DNA from: Haliotis rufescens
Taxonomy: Eukaryota
Length of the DNA: 64,000 bases
NCBI RefSeq assembly: GCF_023055435.1
Contig: NW_025964383.1
Location: 28,768,001-28,832,000, forward strand
Direction of reading: 5' to 3'
Part shown: in pieces, positions 51,950 through 64,000 of the stretch
Numbering within the stretch: position 1 is the first letter of the stretch
How the letters are laid out: each line of letters opens with the position of its first letter
Position numbers and translations under genes: made by a program
Notes under the pieces: generated by a model
Told to the model about the DNA's origin: nothing
Database searches by the model: none
What the model saw: only the letters and a program-made list of their open reading frames with translations

Positions 51950-52692
51950 TCATTAACCGCAACATCAACCTCGGTACAGTTAGAACCTGACCTACAGCAC
52001 ACTCACACTGCCCTCCACAGCATAACATCCTCATCAACCGCAACATCAACCTCGGCCCTTTTAGACCCTGGTCTTCAGAACACTCACCCTTCCTCCACAA
52101 TAGAACATCCACATCAACCGCAACATCAACCTTGGTCCTGTTAGACCCTCACCTCAGCATACTCACCCGGCCCTCCACAACAGAGCATCCTCATCAACCG
52201 CAACATCAACCTTGGTCCTGTTAGACCCTCACCTCAGCATACTCACCCGGCCCTCCACAACAGAGCATCCTCATCAACCGCAACATCAACCTTGGTCCTG
52301 TTAGACCCTCACCTCAGCATACTCACCCGGCCCTCCACAACAGAGCATCCTCATCAACCGCAACATCAACCTTGGTCCTGTTAGACCCTCACCTCAGCAT
52401 ACTCACCCGGCCCTCCACAACAGAGCATCCTCATCAACCGCAACATCAACCTTGGTCCTGTTAGACCCTCACCTCAGCATACTCACCCGGCCCTCCACAA
52501 CAGAGCATCCTCATCAACCGCAACATCAACCTTGGTCCTGTTAGACCCTCACCTCAGCATACTCACCCGGCCCTCCACAACAGAGCATCCTCATCAACCG
52601 CAACATCAACCTTGGTCCTGTTAGACCCTCACCTCAGCACACCCACCCTGCCTCCACAACAGAACATCCTCATCAACCGCAACATCAACCTT
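51950..52692. repeat. Minisatellite, 80-bp unit, ~9 copies (central ~6 identical)
   Basis: TCATCAACCGCAACATCAACCTTGGTCCTGTTAGACCCTCACCTCAGCATACTCACCCGGCCCTCCACAACAGAGCATCC. Confidence 0.98.
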
Positions 52693-52789
52693 ATTGGCTG
52701 TCAAAGCAAAATGTGAAACATGTAAACAGCAAAACGTGTCTAGACGATAGCCTCTGTAGAGAGAGCTGATATTATGTATGTGATAGACG

Positions 52790-52960
52790 AGTGACTGAGT
52801 GAGTGAGTATGGTTTTACGCCGCTTTCAGCAATATTCCAGCAATAGCACGGTGGGGGACACCAGCAATTGGCTTTACATATTGTAGCCATGTGGGGAATC
52901 GAACCCAGGTCTTCGGCGTGACGAGTGAACGCTTTAACTATTAGGCTACCCAACCGCCCA
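52790..52960 (-). mobile_element. Family A SINE
   Basis: Matches 12180-12340. Confidence 0.88.
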
Positions 52961-53990
52961 TGTGACAGACGAACACTCATCTCTAGTTTTCCGATCCCAT
53001 GTTGAGAGTGAAAGTTTGAGGATTTTCGGGGCGTTTCAACGTATGACAAACGTGTTACGAGACGCCAGTTTCCACACTCACCAAGGCCGTTCTCTGGCGT
53101 CAGCTACTCTACTAGGGAAAGTGACAGTGGATATGGCCAATTTATAATAACAGAGGAAGGTACTTTGGTCCAGGATACGGCAAGCGGCATCCGATGGGCC
53201 ATCCACATGCCATCTACTACCAAATGGATAACAGTTCAAAGCTGAAGGCCCGCGACAGTGTACCGGATCAGTAGATAATTGACACTATCGTTTGACCGCT
53301 GGGTGGAAATAAACACAAAAAACAATATCTCATCATGAATCAACGATTGGATTCCATTTTATGTTTATGGTAACATTCCCCAACCATTTGAAATCAGCAA
53401 CAAAGTGTTTAACAATTTTAAACTTTTTTGTTTTCAGAGATTACAACTGAAGCAAAAGAAAGCCCACGATTTGCATGCAATCTTTTTGCTCATTTAAATG
53501 CCGTTAAAACCATTTTACTGTATCAGAGGTTACGAGAAGTCAAGTTTCACAAGGGCAGTTTAGTTGCTTGACGCACTTTTTAATTATTAACCACTTGGGT
53601 CCAGTGAAGTCCAGTTTTGTTTCAGAAATGAGATCAGACTTTAATGCAATCTTGATGTTGTGTCTCCATGTGTCCTGAGAAAGGTTTCTTCATCACCTAT
53701 TGAAGAACCTTTTATGTAAACGCAAAGTTTGGTCTTTAATGTTGTTTTAAGTACCAGAGCATCTTTGAATCAATATTGAACTGAACCTGTACCCTTTGGA
53801 TAGGATGTGCCACTGGGTATGATCTCTATTTCTCACTTCTTCTGATACAGAGCTTCCATGAGATGTTTCATCAGCAACACTTGGTGGATCAGTCATAGAC
53901 GAAGTTGGATTCATACACCAGATCACGCCTTTTGCATAAATGAGATCTCATTAAAACAACTTTATGGTCAATCAATATTCTGATATGTGT

Positions 53991-54482
53991 GACCGCCTCC
54001 GTGGTCAAGTGGACAGAGCGTCTGTCCGGAGAGCGGAAGGTTCGATCCCCTGCCGTGTTATACCAAGATATGTTAAAAGATGGTACTTGTTGTTACCCTG
54101 TCTGGCGCTCGGCATTAAGGGGCTCAAACAAGAACTGGTCGGCTCGGAGCCAGTATACTGTGTCTACGTGGGGTATTCATGTTAACCTTGATATCTTAGT
54201 GGGATATCACTACAACTTCGATTTTGGTTTGTGCTGGTTTGTTTGTTTGTTTGTTGTTTAACGCAAACCTTAGTAATATTCCAGCTATATGACGACCCCT
54301 GTAAATAAACTGACCAATCGATCCCATTAGTCGCCCCTTACAATAAGCACAGTCGGCAAGCATGGGTTGCTGAGGACCTATTCTAACCCGGATCTTCACA
54401 TGTCTCGCGCTGGTACAAGCACACACTTGCATGCACGCACGTAATCTTGAACGCGGCGTTAAACCCCACTGCACCTCACCTC
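53991..54482 (+). mobile_element. Family M SINE interrupted by an antisense family R fragment (~54225-54400)
   Basis: Head and body match 45231; the tail resumes at ~54410. Confidence 0.8.
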
Positions 54483-57400
54483 AAGTAATATGTGTAACCA
54501 TGTCATATGAACAAATGATAGCACAAGGATTGAAAAACAATGCATACAAACTGAATATTCATTTTAAGCATGAAAAATATTTTAAAGTTTAGCCGACCTG
54601 ACATGACAATGAGGCCAGAGGGGTGTGAGTGCTGTGACCTCCGCATGTGATTCTGTGCACCATGCCCAGATGTTGTCATGCCAACCATGTCTTGTTTGCA
54701 CGGATTTTCAATCAACGGAGATGATCTGTTTAAGTTCTGTCTTTTGAGTTTATCGCATTGTACTTCTGCTGTTGTCTCATGGACACGATTTTTTTAGTAG
54801 AACCAGTTTAAAGCTTCACAGCAGACCACGTTACTTCATTGTCCAATGCATCAGAGGGTGTGAGTTGGTTAAACCCCGATTAGAACAATATTTTAGTTAT
54901 ACATTAGCATGTTGTGGAAGGAGTCTGTGAATGACTTGCGTTTAGACTTCTTTCAGCAGTATTCCAGTTCACGACGTGTCAGCTTAATGTGGGAGGAAAG
55001 CCGGAAGTGATGCAGGTCTCAGACGTTTATCACTTCGGTGAAACCCACGAGCACGGCTATGGCGCTGACAAACCTAGACACATAATCGGGTCGAACCGGT
55101 TAGCGGCCTGCCCAAGGGACGCAACTCTGCACATCGAATTGCGGCGCCTCAGACAACCCGTGCTTGCTGTGGGAGGAAAGCCCAAGTAAACAGGACGTTA
55201 ACCACTTTTACTGAAACCCGCGAGTACGGTTGTAGTCCTAGAAATATATTCAGAGAGACTTTTGGATTCGAACCCCCTATCAGGTTTCTAGCACGCCTAA
55301 GGGACGCAACTCTGTTTATCGAATGGACTACTGGGCCATCTGGGCCCACCTTGTTTTGTGTTCACCAACGTACTTGCTCTTGGAACCAAAGCTTTTGTTC
55401 TAATATATTGTACAGAAGCACACAATGTACATCACTTTTGATGAACTTTTTATTTGTCCAATACCACACAACAAACGAAGCAGTAAGCATTGTGAGAGAA
55501 TCGGTTGGAGATAGGGCAGTAGAAACAGACCAATCCAAAATTACTATTAGTGATACCGACACATCATGAAACGTGTATGACTAAGATTTGGTCATTTCGT
55601 TTCTATTATAACTTAAAAACTCCTCATAATCCTGAACACAGAAGTGATGAATACATGATATAGAAACATCTGATTATCAGAAGAAAGATTTTTTTAATAA
55701 ATTGTACAACGATAGCATCTGAACACACGTTAGTCCTCCACCATCCATATTAAATACACATTCACTGTTCATTGATAACAACATCTAAGGGTTTATGTTA
55801 TATATATATTCTCAATGTTATGTTGTGGTCAAACAAATTAGCTCTTACTTCAAAAAGGTACTAATATCTGTACGAGTGCACAGTTACATCTGTCTGATCA
55901 CGTGTTTGTGACTATACATCCATCCACATATGAAGGAGAATATTTTTTGGAAAAGTTGAACTGATATATCACGGTTTAGGCGCGTTCATAATATAACACT
56001 GTGACAAAAACAAATTTTATTGACTAGTTGAATAAACCGGTATCAAATATACAATGTACAAATAGAAACGTCAAAACTCTTTCCATAATCATAAGCAATC
56101 ACTGCTAAAACCAGATTCCATTGTACGATTCCGACTATATCATAAGCATGGCGGGTGCTACCAGTAGGGCAGGACAGGCTTACCCTTTTCGCGAACACCT
56201 GGTGTCATCACTGATTTCCAGAGGTTCATTCATAAAACCGTCACAGCTATTTTGCCATTTACGCTTGATTTATACTGTTTCGTGGGATAATCCAGGCTGA
56301 TTATTCTCCTGCATTGGCAATTCATGTTATGAATCATACAGAATTAATGGTACCAAGTGTTCATGAAAAGGTGAACGTATCCTGCCCCACCGGTGGCTCT
56401 CGTCACAAACAAATGCAAGGGCAAGTCAACTTTTCAGCTTGTGGAAGTAATCACACCATTGGGTTTTTGCATTTCTTATCACTTTTGTTTCATTCAAATC
56501 GACATCAGTGTCACGTGACAAATTGAAGAAACATATTCAAAAAATCCTAAACACACAAATAAAAACAAAATGCCACTTGAGATCTGTTTCAAACTGAGTT
56601 TCAGAACCTCGTATCGGCATAATAATATTTCCATCGTTACAATCTACATCAAGACAAACTAGTACAAACAGTTGATCAGTTAATTGTGAACCGGCCGTTA
56701 TATCTTATCTTCTATCTTATCCCAGACAATGTATTGTATTTTTAAAGTATTTTGTCCAAAGCCATTGTAAAATCTGGCTTCGTGTTAGAGTTACATGTAA
56801 TGTGTGACGCCAAACGTTACACATAATACAGCCTAGGTGGACAGTCGGCAAGGTGTATCATCAGTTGGTGTTACTAGTTGAGGCTGCATGGGTAAGTCTG
56901 CACTCATCTGCTAAGCAAATTCCTTAAAGGCCTACCGGCACATATTTAGTTCTAGACTCTTGATTAGATATATCCTTTTTTATTTAACTAATTGTTTGAA
57001 TTCAGATAAGCAAGTAATGCATTGTTTCAGGCCAGGAACTAATCAGGAATTTTGGAGAAATCCGGCTACAACGACATCTGATAGATATTGCTACCATCTG
57101 TGCATAACTGGGAAATTACAGTTCCTCGTGAGGACGATCTCTGCCGTCACATGTCAGTGAGGCAAGCAAAACTTCATGTAAAACTTCATGAGCTGGAGTT
57201 ATAAAAATACACTTATTTATCCTCAAGTTCCAGAATCATACACTCACACCAAAGGGTATATTTCACTTGGAACCATAATACAGCTTGAGTGGTTCCTATT
57301 ATTCGGGGTGGTACAGATATGCAAATGTATTATACAATTACGATTTGTAACATGAACATGGCCCCGTTGCTCACCAAGTAGGACTGAATCGTATATACAC

Positions 57401-59061
57401 TTTTAAAAAAAAGTGATATCTAGTTCATTGAACCTGACTACGCAAAAAAATGCGGTATATAAATTGGATATATGTTATTGGAAAATGTTGGTGGCCTGAT
57501 ATTCGACAAACGGTGCATCAAAACGCAGCCATTGTCGATTTGCAATGTCTTAAACGGCATTGTTTCACCCTTCTTCAAAACTGACATGGAGGAAAACACA
57601 AAAGCAAAATGCACGTGCAAGTTATGGCATTCGTAACTCGTGGTAGTGGCTATAAAAAGGCAAGGATAAGTAAGAATTTGTCATTCAATGAATGAAGAAG
57701 TCAAACGAATGGATGACGGACGGACGGATAGTAGACGGACAGATCTGAGCTCACTTGGACTTGGACTTTTCCGGCCTGGTGACCCAAGAAACGACCAGAT
57801 TTAGGAAACCTCCAAGCGTATCCTCGAGTCATTCACCATTCCTCTTGCAAATTATAAACAAGCATTATTTTTTTAAAAGAAAAAAATATGTGTACTCTTT
57901 GATGAACTTACTGTTAGAATTGTTGATGTGTTAATTGTGAATAGATTATATGCATTGAAACCACTAGGAAGACCAGTTAGACGGGATAAGACTTATTGAT
58001 ATTATAATAAAGCTTCACTGATCTGTGCAATGTTCGCTAACACACTATAACCAACGTGCAATTTGAAGTGTCTTGGGTCGCAGGTTGATCATATGGGAGT
58101 CCATCAGACCACCAAGACAGCCATGAGCATGAAATAGAGTAACTGTCATCACTACTTTCAGCTTACTGCTCTTTCAAAGATGTTTACTGATTGTGCGGAC
58201 ATATCCTACTGACAATTGTAATTAATAAATGTGCTTGGAATACCTTTCCATGGTTTTTCTTTACACGTTTCAATTAAGAATTGAACGTCAGTTTGGATGG
58301 GTTTATTGAAGTGTGAACAATTTAAAAGCGCTGGTTAAACTGTGTGAACCTCCGAGCTTGGGAGGCCACATCTGAGCAGGGTACAACATTGTTTTCATTG
58401 GTGCTAGATTCCTGTCATTTGCGAAAACAAGGCATCAAAGGTAATGTCGCTCAATAAGTGAATTTCGTTCACCTCAGTAATTTTACAGAATTCATTTTCT
58501 TCACGTGCGTTATTAGTATTGAAAGATCGCCATTCCATATCAGCATCACCGTTAGGACAATCCATTTTGTTTCATTTAGCAACTAGACGATATTAAACAC
58601 CAGAACAAAAGCATTTATTTATTTTTAAGTCAGATGAAATGTTACAAGACCAGGCAAAAATACTAAATTATAATTTAGTTATACTGCTGATGAATGCAGG
58701 GATTAAAAAGAAAATAGAAAAACGAGAATTCAGGGAAACCCCGGGAAGTAGTTCCGGCAAATGTTCACACGATCAATTTCACAAAAAAATGTTCACATCG
58801 TCTGAACTTTTCAGTGAGTTCACAGGAGTGTGAACTCTAAACATCAGATCACGTGACTACCCATTCAGCCATTCAGCATGAAAGAAACAGTGTAAACTTT
58901 ACAGTATGAAATTATTTTACTACGTATGTAATAAATCACAATCTGAAACACAATCACATTATCTGAGTACTGGTAGGTTTTAGAAAGTTCAGAGTTGAGT
59001 CCCGTTTCCCGCCTGAAACCGAAGATCATGTGTTCGCCCTTATTGTGCTTCTATGATTGAC

Positions 59062-59220
59062 AGGGCGGTCGGGTAGCCTAGTGGTTAAAGCGTTCGCTCG
59101 TCACGCCGTAGAACTGGGTTCGATTCCCGACATGGGTACAATGTGTGAAGCCCATTTCTTGTGTCCCCCGCCGTGATATTGCTGGAATATTGCTGAAAGC
59201 GGCGTAAAATCATACTAACT
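59062..59220 (+). mobile_element. Family A SINE
   Basis: Matches 22915-23078. Confidence 0.9.
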
Positions 59221-59689
59221 ATATTTGACAGCACAATATCCCCACAAAAGGTAAACCTCTGGCACGGTGAGTGATGTGTTCTGCAAAAGGCGATCCCAGT
59301 GTCACCAGCAGCCGCTTCCTTGATGTACAGTAGAGCATCAGAATCAGTATGAGCGTGTAATAGATGGCAATGCATGACACTCAAGTTGAACGACCAAGGC
59401 TGCACTAGAAATGATCAATTACAACATGAATGTGGCCTGTTGTTTCAACGGGAGTAAAGCTGACATCAGGAACACAACATCACTGCTACATTGTCAACGG
59501 AAACCATACAACACAATTTCACATGAATTTATCATCAAAGGTCGACAAATGTAAAACATTTGTTTTCCCAAATTGTAAGTGTTCAGAATAATATTCTTGT
59601 AATAGTGAAACACGCTATTGTTTATGTTGGTAGATGTTACAGATGTTACAGTCCTAACTGAACCACACAAGTCCAAGGCTGTACATCAT

Positions 59690-60257
59690 ATTATGGCACT
59701 GTTTGATTTCCAGAATGTACTCCCTCCACCAGGCCTGTCATAGGATCAAGTCTGTATGTCATGATAGGCACTGTTTGATTCCTAGAAGTGCTCCCTCCAC
59801 CAGACCTGTCCTAGGATTAAGTCTGTATGTTATGTTATGGCTCTGTTTGATTCCCAGAATGTACTCCCTACATCAGATCTGTCATGGGATCAAGTCGGTA
59901 TGTTATGTTATGGCACTGTTTGATTCCCAGAATGTACTCCCTTCATCAGGCCTGTCATAAGATCAAGTCTGTATGTTATGTTATGGCACTGTTTGATTCC
60001 CAGAATGTACTCCCTCCACCAGGCCTGTCATAGGATCAAGTCTGTGTGTTATGTTATGTTATGTTATGGCACTGTTTGATTCCCAGAATGTACTCCCTCC
60101 ACCAGATCTGTCATGGGATCAAGTCTGTATGTTATGTTATGGCACTGTTTGATTCCCAGAATGTACTCCCTCCAACAGACCTGTCATAGGATCAAGTCTG
60201 TATGTTATGTTATGACACTGTTTGATTCCCAGAATGTACTCCCTCCAACAGACCTGT
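59690..60257. repeat. Minisatellite, ~72-73-bp unit, ~8 copies, overlapping the 3' end of the receptor CDS
   Basis: GTTTGATT recurs at about 59701, 59773, 59845, 59918, 59991, 60074, 60147 and 60220. Confidence 0.95.
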
Positions 60258-63118
60258 TCTTGTGTCGTCAGGATCGAGTTGCAGAACGATAATGGCGTAT
60301 GTGAGCAATGTGCCCAACACCTGTAAAACAACAAACATAAATGTACTCCCTGTCGAAAGTTAACATTATATCTAATTAATGATCTGGTACGACGTGTAGC
60401 AATAGTGTCTCCTAATTCTATTTTGACACATGCTGAGGATTGATACAAATACAACTATCCTGGCAGACATATAGAACAAACGAGTGAGTGAGCGAGTTGG
60501 CTTCACCGCCGCTTTTAGCAACACTTCAGTCATATTATGGTGTGTCAGATTGATGTCGAGGACCGAAGTGATTGGTCAATCAGAGGTATCAAATCACAAT
60601 AAACCCCCTCAGATTGAAACAGCCGATCTGAACATCCATATATTTTACTATCACAGAAAAAGGGTCTGTAAAGGATTAACACATTAAAACGTGTTGGTAT
60701 GATTTACTCTCATTTCCTTCATTTAATTAAAAACACTTACAAAATTATATTTAGGAATGACAAAGTTAGGAATTGAGATGGGATTGTCACTCCTTCCTAC
60801 CTGTTCGGGTGTTAATGATGTACTCACCGTTAATATTGCCGATGAGTCCACGGTAAACAGGCCATGCACTGTGAATCCAATGACAGGTCTTATGAGGCGG
60901 GTCGTAAATAGATTGACCTGCAAGTAAATGATTGATTTCACCAACAGTGAAACTTCAGGAACTGTACAAGATAATGGATATCGTTGGGTTTTCTCATTTT
61001 GAAACAACAGGGAATGTATCATGAAGATATTTGCAATGGGGGACAACATTACTAAATACTTACAGAATGCAACGTGGTGCCGGACAGTGTCGTAAGATCA
61101 CTATGAAGCAGGTCGTCCACACAACCGTGAGCCTGAAACAATGGTACAGGGTTTAATGTTTGGAGATCTGAACCTGCGAGAAGGCCTAGAACTCTATGAT
61201 CGGTGTTTGTTTGTTTGTTGTTTAACGCCACATTCAGCAACATTTCAGCTATATAACGACTGCCTGTAAAACAATGAGTCTTCATCAGGCAATTCAGTGA
61301 TTGATATCAAGAGCATCGATCCAGGCAACTGGGATACGATGACATGCATCAACCATGTCAGCGAGCCTGATCACCCGATTCCGTAAGTCGCCTCTTACGA
61401 CAAGCATGGGTTGCTGAAGACCTATTCTACCCCGGATCTTTACGTGTCTGGAACTCCATGAAATTATTCAGACAGGCCTCATTTACTTTTGCAATGTACT
61501 TTGTTTAATTTGTATGTTGAATGCCGACTTGGAGTCAATAATATGTATCCATTACACGAAATTGAACATGCCCTTGTTGTTATCAAATAATGTCACTATG
61601 TGACAGAACATGAATTCAGTGTATTCGTTTAAAAACGCGTTTTTTTAAACACTCCTCTAAAACAGGAAACCTTCACATTCGTTCAATTGCCTTAACACCA
61701 CAGTCGCACAATAATATAAGTGTAATATAACCAAATTAATTAAAATATGTACTGTTTACCGCCAAATGTACAAGCAATATCCTGGAGGGTAGTGTATCGA
61801 TAGTGTATGCGTCTGTGATCATCACTGATCGTCACACGGTCGGTTTCAGTTATTTAGTGAGTGAGTGAGTTGGGTTTAACGCCGCTTTTAACAGCACTCC
61901 AGTTATATCACGGCGTGTCACCTTAATGTTGGAGGAAAGCCCGAAGTGGTGCAGGTCTCAGACGTTTACCACTTCGGTGAAACCCACGAGCACGGGTACG
62001 GTGCTGACAAACCTAGAAACATAATCGGGGCGAACCGGGATTCGAACCCACAATCATAGGTTTCTGGTGTGCCAAAGGGACGCAACTCTGCATAGCGAAT
62101 CGCGGCGCCTTAGACGAGTGGGCCACCCGTGCCCCCTTCAACTGACACAGAAGCACTGATGTTTTGTACACAGTATATACAGACTGCTAATGGGCGTACT
62201 TACCATTGAACTTATATAGGTCCCGATTAATAAAGTCGAGAACAAGAACACGATTCCAACACCAGTCACGAAAACAGACGACATGGTTTCGTCTAGAGTC
62301 AACGTTCCTCTGATCAGTCCAAATAGTACAAAACACAGAATAGGAATCTGTGTTGTGAAGCAGGCGAACATGACATGTGTAACAATCTTGTTACCAGTCT
62401 CCAGTACTCCACAGAGAAGGATGTGACGTTTCCGTAATGATTCACATTGTTCGTTCACCGTCTTGGACTCAACCATTTCTTTCACCAGCTGGTTGACATG
62501 AGAAAATTCCTTACCAAGAAATCGAGCAAGAGCAATAAAAAATAGATATGGTCCAAATATACCAAGGTTTCTGTAAGCGTGAAATAATGTGGAGAATAAA
62601 ATGCCTACGACATAACTAAAACCCTCAAGTCTGTAAAATGGATAATATGCTCTATTTACCCAGCTGCTATTTAATGGTTGAAGCAAAGCCCACATCAGAC
62701 AGAAAGCAGTGAATATAGCTAGAACTGTTATAATAAACATTCTCTTGAATAAGACTGCTGCCTTTTGCAAATTAACTGCACTGCCATAGATCATGTAGAA
62801 AGATGACAACTCGTTCACAAAAGCATCAATGTATTTCGAGAATGCAATGGCAATAGCTGGTACTTGGTAAGCGCTCCATGCAAAATTCAGCCAGAAAGTC
62901 AATGATACTGTAAAACTTCCGGTCAAGCCTTTTTCCTCCGTGAATATTAAGCTGTATCCAGTAAGAAAACCCAGGATGACCGAAGACACAAATACACTAT
63001 ACAGGCACTGAGCCCATCGCCACCGCCTCTTACTCTCAAGTGAAACATACATGCCTCCTACTTTCAGAAACCATTTGAAATGACCCATGCAAATCTCAAC
63101 GTCAGCAGTGACGGACAT
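60210..63118 (-). CDS. Gustatory receptor-like (Grl / 7tm_7) seven-TM chemoreceptor, 4 exons, ~394 aa
   Basis: Exons 62204-63118, 61064-61132, 60828-60917 and 60210-60320. Multiple TM segments, R..H..LC after TM4, GFTVHGLFTVD, and the TM7 signature GTLLTYAIIVLQ. Three C-terminal phase-0 introns. The start codon is inferred. Confidence 0.92.
61857..62136 (-). mobile_element. tRNA-derived SINE (family V) in intron 1 of the receptor gene; partial copies at ~7610-7713 and ~54930-55330
   Basis: Head GGGGCACGGGTGGCCCACTCGTCTAAGGCG...GGTTCGAATCCCGG, a V-domain-like GTGGGTTTC...CTTTCCTCC body, and an (ACTC)n tail. Confidence 0.75.
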
Positions 63119-63189
63119 TGTCAAGCGATGTGTACGTCCTGCTAGTCTCTGAATGTTTGTCTGCTCTTTATCAACCGGTAGAATGTGGT

Positions 63190-63570
63190 CTGTTTCCAAC
63201 GCCGTCACTAAACAGTAGATCAATGTTACCACTGTAGCTCACCCGGTATATTCCAACGCCTTCACGAAAGAGTAGACCTGTAACACCACCACTGAAGCTC
63301 ACCTGGTATATTCCAACGCCTTCACGAAAGAGTAGACCTGTAACACCACCACTGAAGCTCACCTGGCATATTCCAACGCCTTCACGAAAGAGTAGACCTG
63401 TAACACCACCAATGAAGCTCACCTGGTATATTCCAACGCCTTCACGAAAGAGTAGACCTGTAACACCACCACTGAAGCTCACCTGGTATATTCCAACGCC
63501 TTCACGAAAGAGTAGACCTGTAACACCACCACTGAAGCTCACCTGGTATATTCCAACGCTTTCACGAAAA
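63190..63570. repeat. Minisatellite, 60-bp unit, ~6 copies, immediately 5' of the receptor ORF
   Basis: ACCTGGTATATTCCAACGCCTTCACGAAAGAGTAGACCTGTAACACCACCACTGAAGCTC repeated line by line. Confidence 0.97.
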
Positions 63571-64000
63571 TGAAACGTCTCACTGGCAAATGCCTACCCA
63601 TATAGTGACAACAACACACTACATAAAGCAATATAGTAAAACTATCAGGCAAATGCCATTGATTCAATATTGTCATAGCGACTGACTTGTGGACAACCAT
63701 TGTCTGAAGGAACATTTAATTCCAGGCTAATTACCCTGTAGCCATGACAAGTATATGTCTAGAATTACTTAACTGACATTACTTATAAGATGCTAATTTT
63801 TAATCCCCATTGACTGTCAGCCATCCCGAACCGCCTGTGCAACTATGTCACTTCTCATAATTACTGTTGTCTATGACTTAATCTGTGTCAGATGGTCTCG
63901 GGTATGTAAGCCTTGGTGCAGAGACGAAAAATAGGGTCTCACCCTCAGCCTAGCTTTGGTTAGGCTAGGTGCTCCGGGTACACCAAGACACTATCACCAT

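Noticed and set aside
53380-54850. Coding-like decayed stretches (also ~58020-58600)
   Set aside because: They have many stops and no motif I can identify; probably old TE debris but unassignable.
63171-63542. 123-aa repeat ORF as an N-terminal extension of the receptor
   Set aside because: It is in a different frame from the receptor ORF, and the receptor frame has a TGA in every repeat unit.

Overview
Eukaryotic (spliced, repeat-rich) genomic DNA, most likely from a gastropod mollusc such as abalone (Haliotis; inferred from the SINE families, not proven). It has two assembly gaps. From left to right: (1) A complete 6-exon AADAC/NCEH1-like HSL-family esterase gene on the minus strand (134-4959). 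(2) Three tandem, intact 3-exon paralogues of a secreted, bacterial-like beta-propeller protein with variable Asp/Tyr-rich tails (8507-11921, 19624-23780, 26095-28982). (3) A nest of mobile elements. A 12.5-kb ISL2EU-type (PIF/Harbinger-related) DNA transposon (32442-44967; 15-bp TIRs, AT TSD) sits inside a SINE-like repeat and encodes a THAP-DDE transposase plus a convergent, intact SAP-SWIM-YqaJ exonuclease gene. The transposase is split by a 4.3-kb internally deleted LTR retroelement (33974-38300; CTTC TSD, PPT, 947-bp 3' LTR). That element keeps a probable env-like tail with PSAP/YPxV motifs and an intact, intronless 467-aa accessory ORF with a C4HC3 zinc finger and a phospho-SIM-like tail. 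This is the most unusual item in the window. (4) Several minisatellites and SINE/LINE/Tc1 remnants. (5) A complete gustatory-receptor-like gene on the minus strand (60210-63118), flanked by tandem repeats, one of which is built from its own last codons and stop.
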